A stretch of 58,830 nt of DNA from the NCBI GenBank assembly GCA_018896645.1, contig JAHIMF010000062.1, positions 1-58,830 of the forward strand. The letters run 5' to 3'. The notes below the pieces were generated by a model. The model worked only from the letters and a program-made list of their open reading frames with translations, was not told the origin of the DNA and did not search any database. Positions 55,738 through 58,830 of this stretch are shown here, piece after piece. The position numbers were made by a program, and so were the translations under genes. This DNA is from Patescibacteria group bacterium (GTDB lineage: Bacteria > Patescibacteriota > Patescibacteriia > UBA2591 > JABMQE01). Numbering within the stretch: position 1 is the first letter of the stretch; every line of letters begins with the position of its first letter.

Positions 55738-57327
55738 CTACAGCAACCCGCTCCGCGTCATCTCCTTGGGCTTCTCCAGTCCGGCTAATTTCAAAATCGT
55801 TGGCGCTACATCAGCCAATACGCCGCTAGAGGCTAATTTTTTATTTTTAAGTTTATCACCAACCAGAATAAACGGTACGGGGTTAGTGCTGTGTTTAGTA
55901 TCAATCTCGCCAGTTTTTAAATTAATCATCTCCTCAACATTTCCATGATCCGCAGTAACAATCAAGATGCCATTCTGGCGCTTAATTTCCTGATACAGGA
56001 TCCCCACACACTTATCAACCACCTCGCAGGCCTTGACTCCAGCTCTAAGGTTGCCGGTGTGGCCAATCATATCGGGGTTGGCATAATTGAGAGTTATAAA
56101 ATTATAAACCTTATTTTTTAAATTGTCGATTACCGCTCCAGTAAGTTTAGAGGCAGACATTTCTGGCCTTTCATCATAAGATCTAACGGATGGAGACTGG
56201 ATTATTATCCGATCTTCTTTATTAACCGGATCCGGGTAACCGCCATTAAAAAAGTAAGTTACATGGGCATATTTCTCGCTCTCGGCAATATATAACTGCC
56301 GGTAACCGTTCATAGCCATCGGCAGGGTTCCTAATAAGTCGCGGGCAGGAAAAGCGGTCAAAAGATTGCCTAAATCAGGCCCAAAATCTGTCATCGCTAC
56401 AAAAAAAAGATTTTTTAAAATTTTTTTTCTTCGGAAAGCCTTGGGATTTTTTTTATTAAAATCACTCTGAACAAAGCACTTGCTAATCTGCCTGGCTCTA
56501 TCTGACCGCAAATTAAAAAATATAATCGCATCATCGTCTTTAATTAAAACCCGAGGTTTATTGCGCCCTTTAGCGCTATTACTTTTTGCGTCATTCTGGA
56601 TGATCAAACTCGGAGAAATAAATTCATCATTTTCTTCACGGTTATACGCTCGAATGACTGCCTCGTGGGCATTGGAAAAAGAATAGCCCTCGCCTAATAC
56701 CAAAGCATTGTACGCTTTCTCTGTCCTCTGCCAATTCTTCCCGCGATCCATAGCATAATACCGACCCATAATACTGGCGATTTGCTCGTTGGGTTCTAGA
56801 GTAGCCTCCCATCTTTTTAATAACTTGGCAGCAATAAATTTTGGGGAATCACGGCCATCAGTAAAAAAGTGCCAGTACACGCGCTTCACTTTCATTACTC
56901 GCAATAGAGTGATTAAAGCTAAAAGATGGTCTGGATCCATGTGAGCGCTCTGCTGCTCGGAAAGTAAACCCATTAAATGAAGGTCCGAACCATGTTCCTT
57001 GACATGGCTAATCGCTCCCAAAAGAGCAGGGTTTTTAAAAAATATACTGGTGGTTATTGTTTGGCCAATTTCCACGGAATCCTGTTCAACAATCCTGCCA
57101 GCTCCCAAGTTCATATGTCCGGCCTCGCTGTTGCCATCCTGTTTTCCCGGCAAGCCAACCGAGGTCCCATAAGACTGGAGCGTGGTAAAAGGATAATCTT
57201 TAGTCAAAGCATCAATAACCGGGGTCTTGGCTAAAGTAACGGCATTGCCTTTATTCGGCGAGGATAATCCCCAACCGTCAAGAATAGCCAGGACAATCGG
57301 CGAGGGGCAATTTTCAGTCTTAGACAT
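55738..57327 (-). CDS. gpmI: 2,3-BPG-independent phosphoglycerate mutase, copy 2
   Basis: LDGWG, GNSEAGH, DGRDS, GRYYAMDR, ESEKYAHVT, ADHGN. Confidence 0.95.
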   Translation of the reverse strand: MSKTENCPSPIVLAILDGWGLSSPNKGNAVTLAKTPVIDALTKDYPFTTLQSYGTSVGLPGKQDGNSEAGHMNLGAGRIVEQDSVEIGQTITTSIFFKNPALLGAISHVKEHGSDLHLMGLLSEQQSAHMDPDHLLALITLLRVMKVKRVYWHFFTDGRDSPKFIAAKLLKRWEATLEPNEQIASIMGRYYAMDRGKNWQRTEKAYNALVLGEGYSFSNAHEAVIRAYNREENDEFISPSLIIQNDAKSNSAKGRNKPRVLIKDDDAIIFFNLRSDRARQISKCFVQSDFNKKNPKAFRRKKILKNLFFVAMTDFGPDLGNLLTAFPARDLLGTLPMAMNGYRQLYIAESEKYAHVTYFFNGGYPDPVNKEDRIIIQSPSVRSYDERPEMSASKLTGAVIDNLKNKVYNFITLNYANPDMIGHTGNLRAGVKACEVVDKCVGILYQEIKRQNGILIVTADHGNVEEMINLKTGEIDTKHSTNPVPFILVGDKLKNKKLASSGVLADVAPTILKLAGLEKPKEMTRSGLL

Positions 57328-57357
57328 ATCTAAAAATAATAACAAAAATAAAAATCA

Positions 57358-57543
57358 TAATCCAAATCTACAAATACTACAAATGCTACCAATACTGCGA
57401 GAATTCTATTCGGGGCATTCGCCTGCCCGCCAGAGCCACCTTTTTATATAGATGACTTTAGTTGGTGATTGCACCGTCTAAATCTCTACTGACTTATTTC
57501 AACTGGCTGTGGCAGGCGGGAATACCTTTGTAGATTTGGATTT
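57358..57543. repeat. Inverted-repeat element with nested GC palindrome
   Basis: AATCCAAATCTACAAA / TTTGTAGATTTGGATT; inner GCCTGCC..GAGCC / GGCT..GGCAGGC. Confidence 0.7.
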
Positions 57544-57546
57544 TGT

Positions 57547-57912
57547 TTATATAAAATTTTTTACTTTAGCAAGAATCTCTTCTCCAGTATAATCAGCTTT
57601 GACCATATACCCGCGAACGCCCAAAGATATCCCCTCAGAAACACTCTCGTCCTTGTCAACATTGGTAAGAAGAATCACCGGAATGTTTTTTGTTTTGCGG
57701 TTCTTTTTCATCCGTCTCAATACTTCTAGACCATCAATTTCAGGCATCAAAATATCAAGGAGGATAAGTTTGGGTTTTATTTTTTCGGCTAACCGCAAAC
57801 CCTTAGCACCATCAGCGGCGACCACCACCTCAAATTCCTGCCTTAAGGTTTTCTCCATTGCATTTCTAAAAAGCTCTTCATCATCAATAAGTAAAATTTT
57901 GGGCTTTTTCAT
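57547..57912 (-). CDS. Single-domain response regulator
   Basis: ILLIDDE, LILLDILMPEIDG, PVILLT. Confidence 0.93.
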   Translation of the reverse strand: MKKPKILLIDDEELFRNAMEKTLRQEFEVVVAADGAKGLRLAEKIKPKLILLDILMPEIDGLEVLRRMKKNRKTKNIPVILLTNVDKDESVSEGISLGVRGYMVKADYTGEEILAKVKNFI

Positions 57913-57976
57913 AGAATTTATTATTAATAATTATAGTTATGGGAAATTGATGCTTATTAAATTATAAAACAAAATC

Positions 57977-58052
57977 CATTGTTAAATTGTTACATTGTTG
58001 CATTGCTCACATCAACCGAAAAACAATTTAACAATTTAACAATATAGCAATG
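57977..58052. repeat. Inverted 8-mer-arm element, sister of 29801-29882
   Basis: CCATTGTTAAATTGTTACATTG / AACAATTTAACAATTTAACAAT. Confidence 0.8.
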
Positions 58053-58097
58053 CTCGTATCTTTCTTTGACATCACCAGAGCATTAGTAATATTAGTA

Positions 58098-58475
58098 TTA
58101 CTCCTTCTTGCCTATAAGTTTACCAATCTTATCTATAATATCCTGCAAGTGCACGTCGTCTTTCCTTAAAAAATCATCAGCGCCTAAAAGTTTAGCTTTT
58201 CTCTCCTCTTCCCCCCGACTAAGGCTAGTCAAAACTATCACGGGAATATGCCCGCCCTCATCTTCTGATTTTAATCTCTTTAAGACATCGTAACCATCCA
58301 TTACCGGCATCAAAAGATCCAATAAAATAAGATCTGGGTCCCATTGTTTCACTTTTTTAAATCCCAACTCTCCGTTTTCAGCAGTTTCTACCTCAAACCC
58401 GTTAGTTTTAAGCATGGAGGCAAACATGTGGCGCAATGACTCCTCGTCTTCGATGATTAATACCTTTTTGGCCAT
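58098..58475 (-). CDS. Single-domain response regulator
   Basis: VLIIEDE, PDLILLDLLMPVMDG, PVIVLT, GADDFLRK. Confidence 0.93.
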   Translation of the reverse strand: MAKKVLIIEDEESLRHMFASMLKTNGFEVETAENGELGFKKVKQWDPDLILLDLLMPVMDGYDVLKRLKSEDEGGHIPVIVLTSLSRGEEERKAKLLGADDFLRKDDVHLQDIIDKIGKLIGKKE

Positions 58476-58712
58476 AAAATTTAATTTAAAAATAATATAT
58501 CTGGAAATGATTTTTATTATTTTTGGCTAATTTTAGCGGGCATTCAATATTTATACTACCGAAGATCATTGAGATCATTACGGTAACACAACTTCGCTCA
58601 ATAACGACCCAGGTCTTCTAATACGGCTTGGGTCAATTTTTATCCAAAAAAATAACAAAAATTATTTCTTTAAAAATGGAATAATAAATAGTAAATAATA
58701 AATAATAAATAT

Positions 58713-58829
58713 TTACCCAGCGGGCAATGTAAAGAAAAAGGTGCTTCCCTTGTCAAGCTGGGATTCCACTCCGACAACGCCGCCATGGGCATCTATGATA
58801 CCCTTGACAATCACCAACCCCAAACCCGT
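58713..58829 (-). CDS. C-terminus of a sensor histidine kinase (HATPase; runs off the window)
   Basis: Manual translation [38 protein letters not shown]. Confidence 0.9.
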   Translation of the reverse strand, partial: TGLGLVIVKGIIDAHGGVVGVESQLDKGSTFFFTLPAG

Positions 58830-58830
58830 A

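Overview
AT-rich bacterial chromosome segment whose gene content suggests Patescibacteria/CPR (Parcubacteria-like): archaeal-type pyrH, tandem gpmI, minimal hrcA, and conserved CPR-type TraG/VirD4-like ATPase and sigma4-HTH proteins. The taxonomy is inferred. Most genes lie on the minus strand. Core content: MFS transporter, mnmA, uppP, a CIRCE-controlled heat-shock cluster (hrcA, translin-like gene, grpE, hsp20, dnaK, dnaJ), a split dcw cluster (mraZ, rsmH, ftsL, ftsI, murF), tsaB, rplJ/rplL with an L10 leader, pyrH, mltG, manC, pcm, mutM, two gpmI, two response regulators, the end of a histidine kinase and three tRNAs. Accessory content: toxin-antitoxin cassettes, a type II R-M pair, a RAYT remnant and many orphan cassettes with strong Shine-Dalgarno sites. 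The most striking non-gene signals are: (i) many operon-internal spacers built from inverted arms of short 7-11 nt tandem repeats, one of which encloses a four-helix-bundle gene; (ii) these repeats and GC-rich palindromes inserted in frame in mnmA, rsmH, pyrH and grpE; (iii) a self-contained unit of structured leader, Cys/His-rich orphan, two atypical tRNAs and a ~400-nt structured RNA; (iv) a cassette array bounded by a synonymously diverged duplicate of the MFS 3' end; (v) a translin/TRAX-type nuclease inside the HrcA regulon.
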